Of a stretch of DNA of 14,020 bases, positions 1 through 7,697 are shown in pieces (position 1 is the stretch's first letter; each line of letters begins with the position of its first letter). The notes under the pieces are model-generated. The model was not told the DNA's origin. It saw only the letters and a program-made list of their open reading frames with translations, and made no database searches. This DNA comes from a virus. Taxonomy: Duplodnaviria > Heunggongvirae > Uroviricota > Caudoviricetes. The translations under genes and the position numbers were made by a program. Location of the stretch: the IMG/VR virus record IMGVR_UViG_2737471843_000003, positions 1 to 14,020 of that record. One strand, 5' to 3'.

Positions 1-342
1 ATGATGAAAAAAAGTATTCTGACGTTTCTGTTACTCACCAGTTCTGCAGCGGCGCTGGCTGCACCGCAGGTGATTACCGTCAGTCGTTTTGAAGTGGGTA
101 AAGACAAATGGGCGTTTAATCGCGAAGAGGTGATGCTGACTTGCAGACCGGGTAATGCTTTGTATGTCATTAACCCAAGTACCCTCGTGCAGTATCCTTT
201 AAACGATATCGCACAAAAGGAAGTTGCCAGTGGGAAGACTAAAGCCCAACCCATTTCGGTGATTCAGATTGATGATCCTAACAATCCCGGCGAAAAAATG
301 AGTCTGGCACCGTTTATAGAACGAGCTGAAAAACTCTGTTAA
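1..342 (+). CDS. yebY: Small secreted protein with N-terminal signal peptide, DUF2511/YebY-like
   Basis: ORF track 113 aa. The N-terminus [23 protein letters not shown] looks like a Sec signal peptide with an AxA cleavage site. I recognise the sequence as E. coli YebY from memory, not from a search. A hairpin plus T-run follows the stop. Confidence 0.6.
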   Translation: MMKKSILTFLLLTSSAAALAAPQVITVSRFEVGKDKWAFNREEVMLTCRPGNALYVINPSTLVQYPLNDIAQKEVASGKTKAQPISVIQIDDPNNPGEKMSLAPFIERAEKLC

Positions 343-371
343 TTACCTAAAATAGCCTTTTGATTTCCAAT

Positions 372-413
372 AAAAAAACCGCCTCAGTTCTTTCACCAGA
401 ACGGGCGGTTTTT
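372..413. terminator. Rho-independent terminator downstream of yebY, A-run / GC stem / T-run, potentially bidirectional
   Basis: AAAAAAACCGCC at 372-383 pairs with GGCGG at 404-408, with an inner GTTC/GAAC pairing, followed by TTTTT at 409-413. The A-run on the other side would make it usable from the minus strand as well. Confidence 0.6.
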
Positions 414-469
414 AACATTTCAGCTGATGACCACCACGCTTTTTATTGACCATTTTGCACGCAAACTGG

Positions 470-500
470 AAAACCTGGCGTCGTCATCTATTCTTAAAGG
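470..500 (+). promoter_or_regulatory. Sigma-S-type promoter for sdsR
   Basis: A -10 element TATTCT at 489-494 preceded by C at 488 (the -13 C typical of sigma-S promoters), placed 6 nt upstream of the proposed SdsR 5' end at 501. No convincing -35 element. Confidence 0.45.
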
Positions 501-569
501 GCAAGGCAACTAAGCCTGCATTAATGCCAACTTTTAGCGCACGGCTCTCTCCCAAGAGCCATTTCCCTG

Positions 570-603
570 GACCGAATACAGGAATCGTATTCGGTCTTTT
601 TTT
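570..603 (+). terminator. Intrinsic terminator of SdsR
   Basis: GACCGAATAC (570-579), loop AGGAATC, GTATTCGGTC (587-596), then TTTTTTT (597-603). Read directly from the sequence. Confidence 0.75.
581..603. other. Putative attL core, the last ~23 bp of sdsR
   Basis: A tyrosine integrase gene ends 130 bp downstream. The terminal 23 bp of ryeB/sdsR has been reported as a recurrent phage attachment site in Salmonella and E. coli. The exact crossover cannot be determined from one junction. Confidence 0.4.
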
Positions 604-640
604 AATTGTATTTAAAATCAATTAGTTGCAAACGTCTCCC

Positions 641-670
641 CGAAATTACTCGAAATTTACTCGAATTTCT
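641..670 (+). repeat. Three tandem 10-11 bp direct repeats, candidate arm-type integrase binding sites
   Basis: CGAAATTACT (641-650), CGAAATTTACT (651-661), CGAATTTCT (662-670), read directly. They sit between the putative core and the int 3' end, like the P'1-P'3 arm sites of lambda attP. Confidence 0.4.
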
Positions 671-734
671 GTATTCCGGTCTTTTTTGGTTATATCACAA
701 CCAAAACACATTTAACAATCCATTTACGTTAAAA

Positions 735-1811
735 TCAGAGCAGTAAGTACGTTTTTTCTCTCTCATCAAGATACATTTTTGTTGTCTTCTCCGATGTGTG
801 GCCAAGTAGACGTTGAGCAAATTCTTCCCCACATGTTTCTTTGTACAATCGTCCAGCCAGGCTTCTGATCTCGTGAAAAGTTGGTGGGTTTTCACTGAAC
901 TGGATACCTGTTAATTTTCTGGCTGCGACAAATTTTTTTGTCAGGCCGTCCGGGTGAATGCTGCCGTCAGGGCTGTTTTTTCTAATCCCGGCACTGATTA
1001 GAAAATCTCCCCGGCTTACCAGGCGGCACCGTTCAACTACTGTACCAAGACGTAAACCAGCGACCGGAAGGCTGAGTGACAGGGGGATAGCAATCATCAT
1101 TCCTGTCTTAATTTGCCTGATGTGAAGACGATCATCATAAATATCACTGAACCGCATATTCGTTATGTCTTCGCGACGTTGTCCTGTTACAAGGGCTAAG
1201 TCCATAGCTAATGGGAACCATGCCGGAAGTTGATCTGCTGCCTCCCTGATGCAGTTGTATGTCTTTAGTTTCAGCCGTTCTCTTGTAACTACTATTTTCG
1301 GTGCTCTTGTTGGCGTTACTGGATTTTGAGATATACGCCCTTCAACAATGGCTTCGCGGAACATATCAGATAACACAGAACGCATTGATCCTGCCATCGT
1401 GTTTTTCCCTCCTTCAATCCACAAATCAAGAAACTCGGCAATATGGCGAGTGGTTATTTCTGTCAGTAAGATCCCTCCTAATTTTTCTTTTATTGTTTCC
1501 AGTTGATTTCCCCGAATTTTATAAGTATTTCTGGACACTTTTCTCCTTATAAGAATCGTTTTGTAACGTTCAATCCAGTCTGCCATAGTAAATGAGTCGA
1601 ACCCTTTAAGTTTTTCAATTAAGGCAGCAGGAGAGTAGTTTTTGTATATATAATGATTTGCTTCAATTGCCTGCGCGATTGCATCTCTTCTTGAAATTTT
1701 ACCTAGTGTAAATTCTTCTTTCGTAAGAGGGTTGCGCCAGTAATATGCTTTGTCCCTCCTTCGATATGTTAAGTTCCTAGGCAAATTGGGATCGTATTTT
1801 TTCCGCTGCAT
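735..1811 (-). CDS. int: Tyrosine recombinase, lambda Int-family integrase
   Basis: ORF track 358 aa. The N-terminus resembles the lambda Int arm-binding domain. The C-terminus carries the catalytic signature [11 protein letters not shown]...[15 protein letters not shown] (R, HxxR, Y). Its start overlaps the xis 3' end. Confidence 0.9.
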
Positions 1812-2058
1812 GTTTTAACTTCTCCAGTAACGGACTGTCTCTCCCTTGTCGCCCATTAGGCTGATGGTGTGTTATATCGGTATCAACCTTATTTGGGTTG
1901 ATATAGAAAGCCTCCGGAACCACCCTGTAACTCCTCCCGTGTAGTTCAGGTGCAGGATAAATGTTTCCATTCCTTGCCCATCGTCTCAGCGTTGATATTG
2001 ATGGTGGGTTATCCGGATATCTGAGTTTTCCCCACGTTTTGAGTGTCACAAGATTCAT
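1777..2058 (-). CDS. xis: Excisionase (Xis-like)
   Basis: The pattern VTLKTWGKL...STLRRWARNGNIYPAPELHGRSY resembles the lambda Xis winged helix. It overlaps int by 35 bp. I prefer the start at 2058 (AGAGG 7 nt upstream) over the track start at 2064. Confidence 0.7.
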   Translation of the reverse strand: MNLVTLKTWGKLRYPDNPPSISTLRRWARNGNIYPAPELHGRSYRVVPEAFYINPNKVDTDITHHQPNGRQGRDSPLLEKLKHAAEKIRSQFA

Positions 2059-2080
2059 TGCCATACCTCTTACGATATGA

Positions 2081-2109
2081 CCGCCAGTAAATATACAGAA
2101 TACTGGCGG
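2081..2109. promoter_or_regulatory. Perfect 9-bp inverted repeat upstream of xis
   Basis: CCGCCAGTA (2081-2089), 11-nt spacer, TACTGGCGG (2101-2109). It lies about 20 bp upstream of the xis ribosome-binding site with no adjacent T-run, so a protein-binding site or RNA hairpin is more likely than a terminator. Confidence 0.3.
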
Positions 2110-2164
2110 ACGTGATTGATTTTTAATAATCAGCTATGAAGTTATAATTTGGATATAATGCAAC

Positions 2165-2353
2165 TCACGAGGGCCGAAGTTTCTCGCAATTAAAATTTAT
2201 CAGCTTTACTTTCTGCTCTCTGGAAACGCCTGCTTCTTTTTTCCCCGAGAGCATTTTTTCGCATTCTGATTTAGTTAGTTTAGATTTTGAATATCTTGTC
2301 CAGTTAGTAGGAGTGCCACCTTCCTTTTCAATAGTGGCGGTAATTTTATACAT
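2165..2353 (-). CDS. Small hypothetical phage protein, 62 aa, at the Rac ydaC position
   Basis: In frame with track ORF 2165..2425. An internal ATG at 2353 is preceded by GGAGG with 5-nt spacing, and overlaps the lar stop by 8 bp. The family is not confidently recognised. Confidence 0.5.
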   Translation of the reverse strand: MYKITATIEKEGGTPTNWTRYSKSKLTKSECEKMLSGKKEAGVSREQKVKLINFNCEKLRPS

Positions 2354-2540
2354 GAACACCTCCATTATTATTTCCAGTGGTTCGTTTATTCCATCGTTCG
2401 AGTGCTTCTTTTTCACTTCCACCATAGCCGGTTCGGGATTCGCATCCGTTACACTTCGCGCGGTAATATCCTGAAATGGCTTTCACCGTTACTGATGGAC
2501 AACCACAAAAAGGGCATGGTTTGACTTTTTCATACCGCAT
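2346..2540 (-). CDS. ralR: Lar-family restriction alleviation protein (RalR-like)
   Basis: Track ORF 2346..2555. The CPFCG...CNGCE zinc-ribbon-like motif and ALERWNKR are typical of the Lar family. A start at 2540 gives 64 aa, the Rac RalR length as I recall it. Confidence 0.7.
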   Translation of the reverse strand: MRYEKVKPCPFCGCPSVTVKAISGYYRAKCNGCESRTGYGGSEKEALERWNKRTTGNNNGGVHV

Positions 2541-2603
2541 TGTCTTTTCTCTCATATAATAAAGTTTTGTGATGGCGGTGAGGCTACACCGCCAAAGTCA
2601 ATA

Positions 2604-3707
2604 TCAGGAGCCGATATATTCTGGTTTCATATCTGTCAGTGTCGTTTTATACGCCTCATATAATTCACCCAGATGTGGTCGTGCAGCATTCAGCGTATTT
2701 TCCAGAGCAGTAAATTTTTGTTCTGCTTCTGGATCACCTGATGAAGGCAGGTCATTTATCATCTTCTCGATACTGGCAATAGCATTGAGACGGTGATGAC
2801 GCCGAACCACTTTTCCTTTAAGCTCGGCAAAGAATTCGCCGATCTGGTTTTTCTGATCCTCTATCTCTTGGCGTAATGCAGTGGTTTCCTCAGTCGTGGC
2901 CGCGCTTTCTATACGCTGCCGGAATTCATCAATCCACGCTTCGTCAATACGCTGTTCGATGGTTTCTGTTCGCTGCTCGCTTACCTCGCTATAATTCTGT
3001 ACCGACACAGGATTGATGATTTTTTCCTGTGGCTCTTCCAGTTCGTCCGGGGTATACACGCCCAGGATGACGTCAGGACAATAAAGGCGAGCCCAGTATT
3101 TCAACGCCAGATAGGCGAGCTGTTGTTTCGGGTTTGAGGTCCATAAAGGAGAATTACGCGTAATCACGCTGGAAAGAAACACCGGTTCTCCCCAGGTAAT
3201 CTCACTTTCACCGCGAAGAACTGCACCAACTCGAACTGAGAGACCATACTCATCTTCACTGGTCCAACATGGGATCGTTTCTTTTTTCTCATAGATTCCG
3301 CCTCCTTTGGCCGTTTTCTTAACGATCTCCACTCGGGTGCGAGAGCATTTCTCCCAGTCTCCCTCGTACTTGTAATGGAAGCGACCTACAATTGCACTTG
3401 AGCTAGAGATCACAGCGTTAACCAGTTGTGCTTCATAACCCAGAACTCCGTTTACCAGGTGTGTTTTCTGAGCCACAGCGTAGGGGTTCATGCCCCATTG
3501 CATAGCTTGCATGATGATTGCCATGCAGTCGGCAGGATTTCCGCGAAGGTGATCGGGAACTGTGACGGTGGCCTGTGCCATCAACCCGGCTACTGCCTGA
3601 AGTTGCGTCAACGCCTGAACGTTAAAAATAGTGTTACTGGCAGAAATGGTATTTGGTGTCTGCTCTGTCGTGATGATATTGGTATTTTGCATGGTCAGGT
3701 TCTCCAT
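2604..3707 (-). CDS. Single-strand annealing protein, RecT/Redbeta superfamily, partner of RecE
   Basis: ORF track 367 aa. The core ADCMAIIMQAMQWGMNPY...VNGVLGYEAQLVNAV fits the RecT/Redbeta pattern. It sits immediately downstream of recE with a 1-nt stop/start overlap. It is clearly not the canonical 269-aa K-12 RecT sequence. An alternative start at 3692 has GGAG upstream. Confidence 0.7.
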   Translation of the reverse strand: MENLTMQNTNIITTEQTPNTISASNTIFNVQALTQLQAVAGLMAQATVTVPDHLRGNPADCMAIIMQAMQWGMNPYAVAQKTHLVNGVLGYEAQLVNAVISSSSAIVGRFHYKYEGDWEKCSRTRVEIVKKTAKGGGIYEKKETIPCWTSEDEYGLSVRVGAVLRGESEITWGEPVFLSSVITRNSPLWTSNPKQQLAYLALKYWARLYCPDVILGVYTPDELEEPQEKIINPVSVQNYSEVSEQRTETIEQRIDEAWIDEFRQRIESAATTEETTALRQEIEDQKNQIGEFFAELKGKVVRRHHRLNAIASIEKMINDLPSSGDPEAEQKFTALENTLNAARPHLGELYEAYKTTLTDMKPEYIGS

Positions 3708-6700
3708 TAAGCCAGATGCAGTGCTTCAAGACGACGAAGATCAAAGTCGTTTAATTCGTCGGTATAACTTTCGGTAATCGGTGCTGGCCAGTTGTTTGTC
3801 TCCAGGGCTTCGTTTATCTGGCGTAGCGTCCGGCGATATTCCTGTCGACCAAGTTCAAGGAGTTCCTGCGAGGCTTCCACGACTGCCACCCAGTGATAGC
3901 CAGCATCTTTGTTGACGAAGATCCAGAAAAATTTGTCCAGGTTTGCCACATCGCAATACATTGCGGCGCTGAGGTGATAATCACGCTCAATAATTTCACG
4001 GTGCAGGCGATCTTTAAGTCGTTCCTGCCGCACATAACCGAGGCTGACTGACTTCACGTCAGCGCAAATGCTTTCGTATGGCAGCCGGATTTCGATATCA
4101 GGACGGACCCTGATTTCCAGCCCGGTTTCTTCATCAAACCCGAAATAGCTGATTTCAGATTTGCGATCCGGGTGGTTGAGTAGCCTTGCTGCATCGGTAT
4201 TGTTTTGCAGTGCCGCGTGAATATTTTTTGCCTGTTCATACATATCCGGACTGATAAACGTTTTCCCGGCGTTTTCTTCTTGCTGGCGTTTTTGCCAGTC
4301 CTCCAGTGTCACCAGTTCCGGGCGAATTTTCCGTGCGATTTCGGTTAATTGCTCTTTTGTGCCACTGATGTTGTAAGGCAAAGATTTAGCACGTTCTTTT
4401 TTTGCCAGTTCTGGATCTACAGTTTCAATTTGATCCAGAAGCTGCTCCCGTGCTCCACTGGTTTTCAACAGAGGAGGGAGGCTTGCGTTGTATTCTTTAA
4501 TACAGGCTTTCATTGCTGATGCTGTGTGTTTTTCCCCCTCAGGAATACGCCGAAATTCCACCGGAAGCGAACCGTAAAGGATGCCTGTTTCTTCGGCCCC
4601 AGCACTTACAGACAGTGGCTGTATAAGAGTGCTGTTGTAGCTTTCGATCCACTCTTTCATCTGCTCTGGTGTCATCAGTGCTGGCAGACTGGCATTGTGT
4701 TTTTTAATGATGGCGATCAGTTCGTTAGAAGTAGTAACCACATATTCAGGAACCGGTACCGGAATGGCATATTCATCTGCGAATTTATCCGTTTCCAGAA
4801 CATAGCTGTGAATGATCCGCCCACGCAGCAGTGCGTCACTTTCCTCGTTCGGAATAGTTCCGGCAATGTGCCGCCCGTGGTAATACATCAGGCTGATACG
4901 GGCATCCTTCAGCATCGTGCTGCTTATTCCGTTGGCGGAGTGATAAACCTCGTTCGGGAGGTTTTCATAGCGGCCTGGCTCGAAATATGACGGCCACATG
5001 ATTTCAGTTGCTACAGGAGCTGACGCTTCGCCAGTTTCATCACTGCAATTGCGATGCGGATCGCTGTCAGCATTCTCATTGTGCTGATGTTCAGCGCCTT
5101 CCATTTCCTCCGGATCTTTTTCCAGAGATTCATCCAGATTTTCTTCATTAAATGTTTCCTGATACGTTGCGTCGCCCATCGCCGCGCCACAATCAGGGCA
5201 GTTGCCCCCACCGATCTGACCGCAGGCGGTGCAGACTTTTTCCGGTTCTTGTTGCTCTTCTGGTTCAGGCTGTTTCGTTTCTGGCTCGTTTTGTTGCGTA
5301 TTTGGGCTGTTTTGTTCCGCTTTCTTGTCGTTCTGTTCCGTTTCTTGCTGGTTCTGGTTCACAGAGTCGAGGGTTTCAATCCCCTTAACCCATTTCGGAT
5401 CGTTCGGGTCGCTAATCCCTTCAACAAATTCTCCGCGAGAGGCAGCCAGTAATTTGTCTGCATCGACAGGATTTTTGGGCGGAATGTTTTTCCGGGCTTC
5501 ATGGAGTTCTGCCCGCAGTTTCTGATATTTCGCATCAACAGAATTTACCTGTGACTGAGCATCCAGCGGCTGCGTGTTCTGATGATGTTCAGTTGCATTC
5601 GGTTCCACTGTTTCAGCCGTTGCCTGTTCATCTGCCATTGCGCCAGATGGTTGTGGTTTTTCTTCATCGTCCTGTTTTCCTTCTTCTGTTACTCGCTGCG
5701 GCATCGGGGCAGAGGAGCGACCGCAGGCAATATCCACGATTTCCGGATCAGGGTTGGCATGATCGGTTTCAGTCAGTACTTTGTTCAGATATTCAGTGAC
5801 GTGTGCGGGGATGACCTCGATCCCAATTGGTGCTTCTTTCACGGACGCAACCACGATGGCGCGGGAATAATCCAGCCCGCCAGGCATGGTGATGAATTTG
5901 TCGCGGAAAACAGAAAAGGGTGGTTTATTTTCAGCGATAATTTCCTCAATGCGTTTAGCGTGTGCCGGATGAAGGTTATAAATGTCCACGTCCATTGAAC
6001 GGGCCAGTACGCCAGTGGCTACATCGCGTGCCAGTGACGTCAGATCGTGGACGAAACCTTCGCCGCGATCGGTGAGGTTCCCGCCGCCAGCATTAGCACC
6101 GGAAGCCGTGCGAGTGATGCGTGAAACACGATTTCCTTTCATCCACTCTTTTGTCAGCAGACCGCGATCGGTGTAGTCTGCGTCCAGGTATGCTTCGAAA
6201 AAAGCAGTCATCAGCCCCAGACTTGAATTGCCTGGATTAGGGAAAACTTTGTCAGTATCACGAACCAGTCTGTGAAGATCGCGAATCTCCAGCGGGTCGA
6301 GCAGGCTGGTTTTGTGGGAAACAGCTAGGGCAGTAACAGCTGGTAGTTCTTCGGCCCGTGCAATATGTAATGTCTGGAGTTCGTCGCGTGAAACGTGCGT
6401 TACCGGTTTTTCGCTGCCGTGTTGAGCAAGCCAGCGAATGGGCAGCTCTTGGCCAGAAATCGGGAGTAGCATATTCTCCTCAATCTCAGTCATGTCTTCG
6501 CCATTAACATTGGTATTGTCAGTGCTGTCTGGTTTGTACTGCGCAGAGGATGAGGGCGCGATAAATACCATTGTGATGCCATCTTCCCCGCCTTTTTCGT
6601 AACGGTTGCAGAATTCCGTATCAAATACGCCTTCTGGTGGAAGGTCATCAACAACGGGCAAATTGACGCGAACAGGTTTTTTAAAGTCATCTTCATCGTA

Positions 6701-6856
6701 GCCAGCATCGTCAATCGCAACAGCACCACGGGAGATGGCAATGGATAATTTTTTCGCTTCAGCCCAGTAGAAACCGCCTTTAATACCGAGACGTTTTCTT
6801 ACTTTGTCATTTTTTGCTTCGTAATACAGTGGGTAAACTTGTTTATCGGTGCTCAT
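3707..6856 (-). CDS. recE: Exonuclease VIII (RecE-family 5'-3' dsDNA exonuclease)
   Basis: ORF track 1049 aa. The C-terminal domain carries PD-(D/E)xK-type residues (RPDIEIR...CADVKS) and long stretches I recognise as RecE-like. It is about 180 aa longer than the 866-aa K-12 RecE as I remember it. Confidence 0.85.
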   Translation of the reverse strand: MSTDKQVYPLYYEAKNDKVRKRLGIKGGFYWAEAKKLSIAISRGAVAIDDAGYDEDDFKKPVRVNLPVVDDLPPEGVFDTEFCNRYEKGGEDGITMVFIAPSSSAQYKPDSTDNTNVNGEDMTEIEENMLLPISGQELPIRWLAQHGSEKPVTHVSRDELQTLHIARAEELPAVTALAVSHKTSLLDPLEIRDLHRLVRDTDKVFPNPGNSSLGLMTAFFEAYLDADYTDRGLLTKEWMKGNRVSRITRTASGANAGGGNLTDRGEGFVHDLTSLARDVATGVLARSMDVDIYNLHPAHAKRIEEIIAENKPPFSVFRDKFITMPGGLDYSRAIVVASVKEAPIGIEVIPAHVTEYLNKVLTETDHANPDPEIVDIACGRSSAPMPQRVTEEGKQDDEEKPQPSGAMADEQATAETVEPNATEHHQNTQPLDAQSQVNSVDAKYQKLRAELHEARKNIPPKNPVDADKLLAASRGEFVEGISDPNDPKWVKGIETLDSVNQNQQETEQNDKKAEQNSPNTQQNEPETKQPEPEEQQEPEKVCTACGQIGGGNCPDCGAAMGDATYQETFNEENLDESLEKDPEEMEGAEHQHNENADSDPHRNCSDETGEASAPVATEIMWPSYFEPGRYENLPNEVYHSANGISSTMLKDARISLMYYHGRHIAGTIPNEESDALLRGRIIHSYVLETDKFADEYAIPVPVPEYVVTTSNELIAIIKKHNASLPALMTPEQMKEWIESYNSTLIQPLSVSAGAEETGILYGSLPVEFRRIPEGEKHTASAMKACIKEYNASLPPLLKTSGAREQLLDQIETVDPELAKKERAKSLPYNISGTKEQLTEIARKIRPELVTLEDWQKRQQEENAGKTFISPDMYEQAKNIHAALQNNTDAARLLNHPDRKSEISYFGFDEETGLEIRVRPDIEIRLPYESICADVKSVSLGYVRQERLKDRLHREIIERDYHLSAAMYCDVANLDKFFWIFVNKDAGYHWVAVVEASQELLELGRQEYRRTLRQINEALETNNWPAPITESYTDELNDFDLRRLEALHLA

Positions 6857-6926
6857 TGTTTTTTAACCTCAACTCAGATTAAAATTACTGCGAGTGATGA
6901 ATAAATGTCCCTGGTTCTTCACTCAG

Positions 6927-6957
6927 GCCTGCACAGTGTGCAGGCTTTCTTTTTTTC
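6927..6957 (+). terminator. Perfect hairpin with T-run in the racC-recE intergenic region, terminator-like only on the plus strand
   Basis: GCCTGCACA (6927-6935), G, TGTGCAGGC (6937-6945), then TTTCTTTTTTT. On the minus strand, which is the operon strand, the hairpin is preceded by an A-run and has no U-tail. Confidence 0.35.
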
Positions 6958-7231
6958 AGATTTCACCTTTTAATTTCATTGCAATCAGAGTTGCCAGAAA
7001 TTCGGCTTTTTTTTCTGCGGGCAGATTCTTTCCTATGTGCACCAGACACATTTTTTTAACACCATCGTTAAGTGTTTTAACGTTGCCTGATGGACCGTCG
7101 ATATCAACCACAGTGAATGGGGTTTCTTTATTTTCTGTCTTAATCACGTAGCCAATACGCTTTCCTTCCAGGCTGACTTCGTGAACAATGTCATCGGTAG
7201 TTACAACAGTGGCTTCATAACTGGTAATCAT
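6956..7231 (-). CDS. racC: RacC-like protein, 91 aa
   Basis: Track ORF 6956..7279. The ATG at 7231 is preceded by AAGGAG with 6-nt spacing and gives 91 aa beginning MITSYEATVVTTDD, recognised as Rac RacC. Confidence 0.75.
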   Translation of the reverse strand: MITSYEATVVTTDDIVHEVSLEGKRIGYVIKTENKETPFTVVDIDGPSGNVKTLNDGVKKMCLVHIGKNLPAEKKAEFLATLIAMKLKGEI

Positions 7232-7305
7232 GTTTTTCTCCTTAATTAAGGTTGAGCGAATCTCTGCCATTTCTGGCATAAATTCAGTTTCGAATAGTCA
7301 ATTAA

Positions 7306-7476
7306 TTAAAGTTCGTGTGCCATCTGGTCTTTTTCGGCACAGATTTCACTACAATATTTTTTCATTTCCGTCGTTGGTATAACTCCACGCATGAAATGAA
7401 GTGGTCTTGTAATGATTTTGCTTTCTTCAATTTCTTTATTGCAAAGGTGATAAGCACATTTTATTTTCTTAGTCAT
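7306..7476 (-). CDS. ydaE: Small Cys-rich protein, 56 aa, YdaE-like
   Basis: Not in the ORF track because it is under 60 aa. Hand translation gives [56 protein letters not shown]. Its ATG overlaps the kilR TGA stop (ATGA). Its size and position match Rac ydaE. Confidence 0.6.
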   Translation of the reverse strand: MTKKIKCAYHLCNKEIEESKIITRPLHFMRGVIPTTEMKKYCSEICAEKDQMAHEL

Positions 7477-7697
7477 CACCATGACTCCGCCTTTACAGGT
7501 AAACCATCACGACCGAGGAAGACTTTAATCATGCGGTCAGTAATGCATGTTTTTGTGGTCAGGTTACGAATATAAAGTTTTCGCTTTTTAATATTGTTTG
7601 CCGAGGCGATATATGTCCGACCTTCATGAAGAACATAATCGCCAGGAGTCACACACTGACGTGGTATTTCATCAGTTCCGAAGTGATGAGCAATCAT
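7476..7697 (-). CDS. kilR: KilR-like cell-division inhibitor, 73 aa
   Basis: Track ORF 7476..7709. The ATG at 7697 is preceded by GGAG and gives a 73-aa protein beginning [15 protein letters not shown], recognised as Rac KilR. Confidence 0.75.
   Translation of the reverse strand: MIAHHFGTDEIPRQCVTPGDYVLHEGRTYIASANNIKKRKLYIRNLTTKTCITDRMIKVFLGRDGLPVKAESW

Larger units (their letters stand above)
497..603 (-). ncRNA. ryeA: Retained 3' segment of antisense sRNA RyeA/SraC; its 5' region is displaced by the prophage
   Basis: RyeA is known to be transcribed antisense across SdsR, starting beyond the SdsR 3' end. Here that position is occupied by phage DNA, so only the SdsR-overlapping portion is recognisable. 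The boundaries are from memory of the K-12 layout, not visible in the sequence. Confidence 0.25.
501..603 (+). ncRNA. sdsR: SdsR (RyeB) Hfq-dependent small RNA
   Basis: The sequence GCAAGGCAACTAAGCCTGCATTAATGCC...GACCGAATACAGGAATCGTATTCGGTCTTTTTTT matches my recollection of SdsR, about 104 nt. It ends in a perfect 10-bp hairpin (570-579 / 587-596) followed by T7 (597-603). SdsR is known to lie beside yebY in E. coli. Confidence 0.7.

Noticed and set aside
420-500. Possible small ORF or tRNA between the yebY terminator and sdsR
   Set aside because: No cloverleaf-compatible structure or ORF with a ribosome-binding site was seen; the region is best explained as the sdsR promoter and the RyeA 3' end.
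641-670. Possible CRISPR array (short direct repeats)
   Set aside because: The units are only 10-11 bp, directly tandem with no spacers, and adjacent to an integrase; arm-type Int sites fit better.
695-895. Minus-strand ORF of 66 aa overlapping the int 3' end
   Set aside because: It is an alternative frame inside the integrase gene and extends into the att region, with no ribosome-binding site.
1301-1552. Plus-strand ORF of 83 aa
   Set aside because: It is antisense within the integrase coding sequence and has no start signals.
3426-3710. Plus-strand ORF of 94 aa
   Set aside because: It is antisense within the annealing-protein gene and is Cys/His-rich low-complexity sequence.
4526-6176. 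Several plus-strand ORFs of 64-154 aa from the track (4526..4990, 5054..5452, 5152..5388, 5229..5525, 5551..5799, 5582..5998, 5982..6176)
   Set aside because: All lie antisense within the long recE reading frame, have low-complexity compositions (Phe/Leu/Arg/Cys-rich) mirroring the recE acidic region, and lack ribosome-binding sites.
7315-7575. Plus-strand ORF of 86 aa
   Set aside because: It lies opposite the well-supported ydaE and kilR genes, which show translational coupling and Rac-matching sizes.
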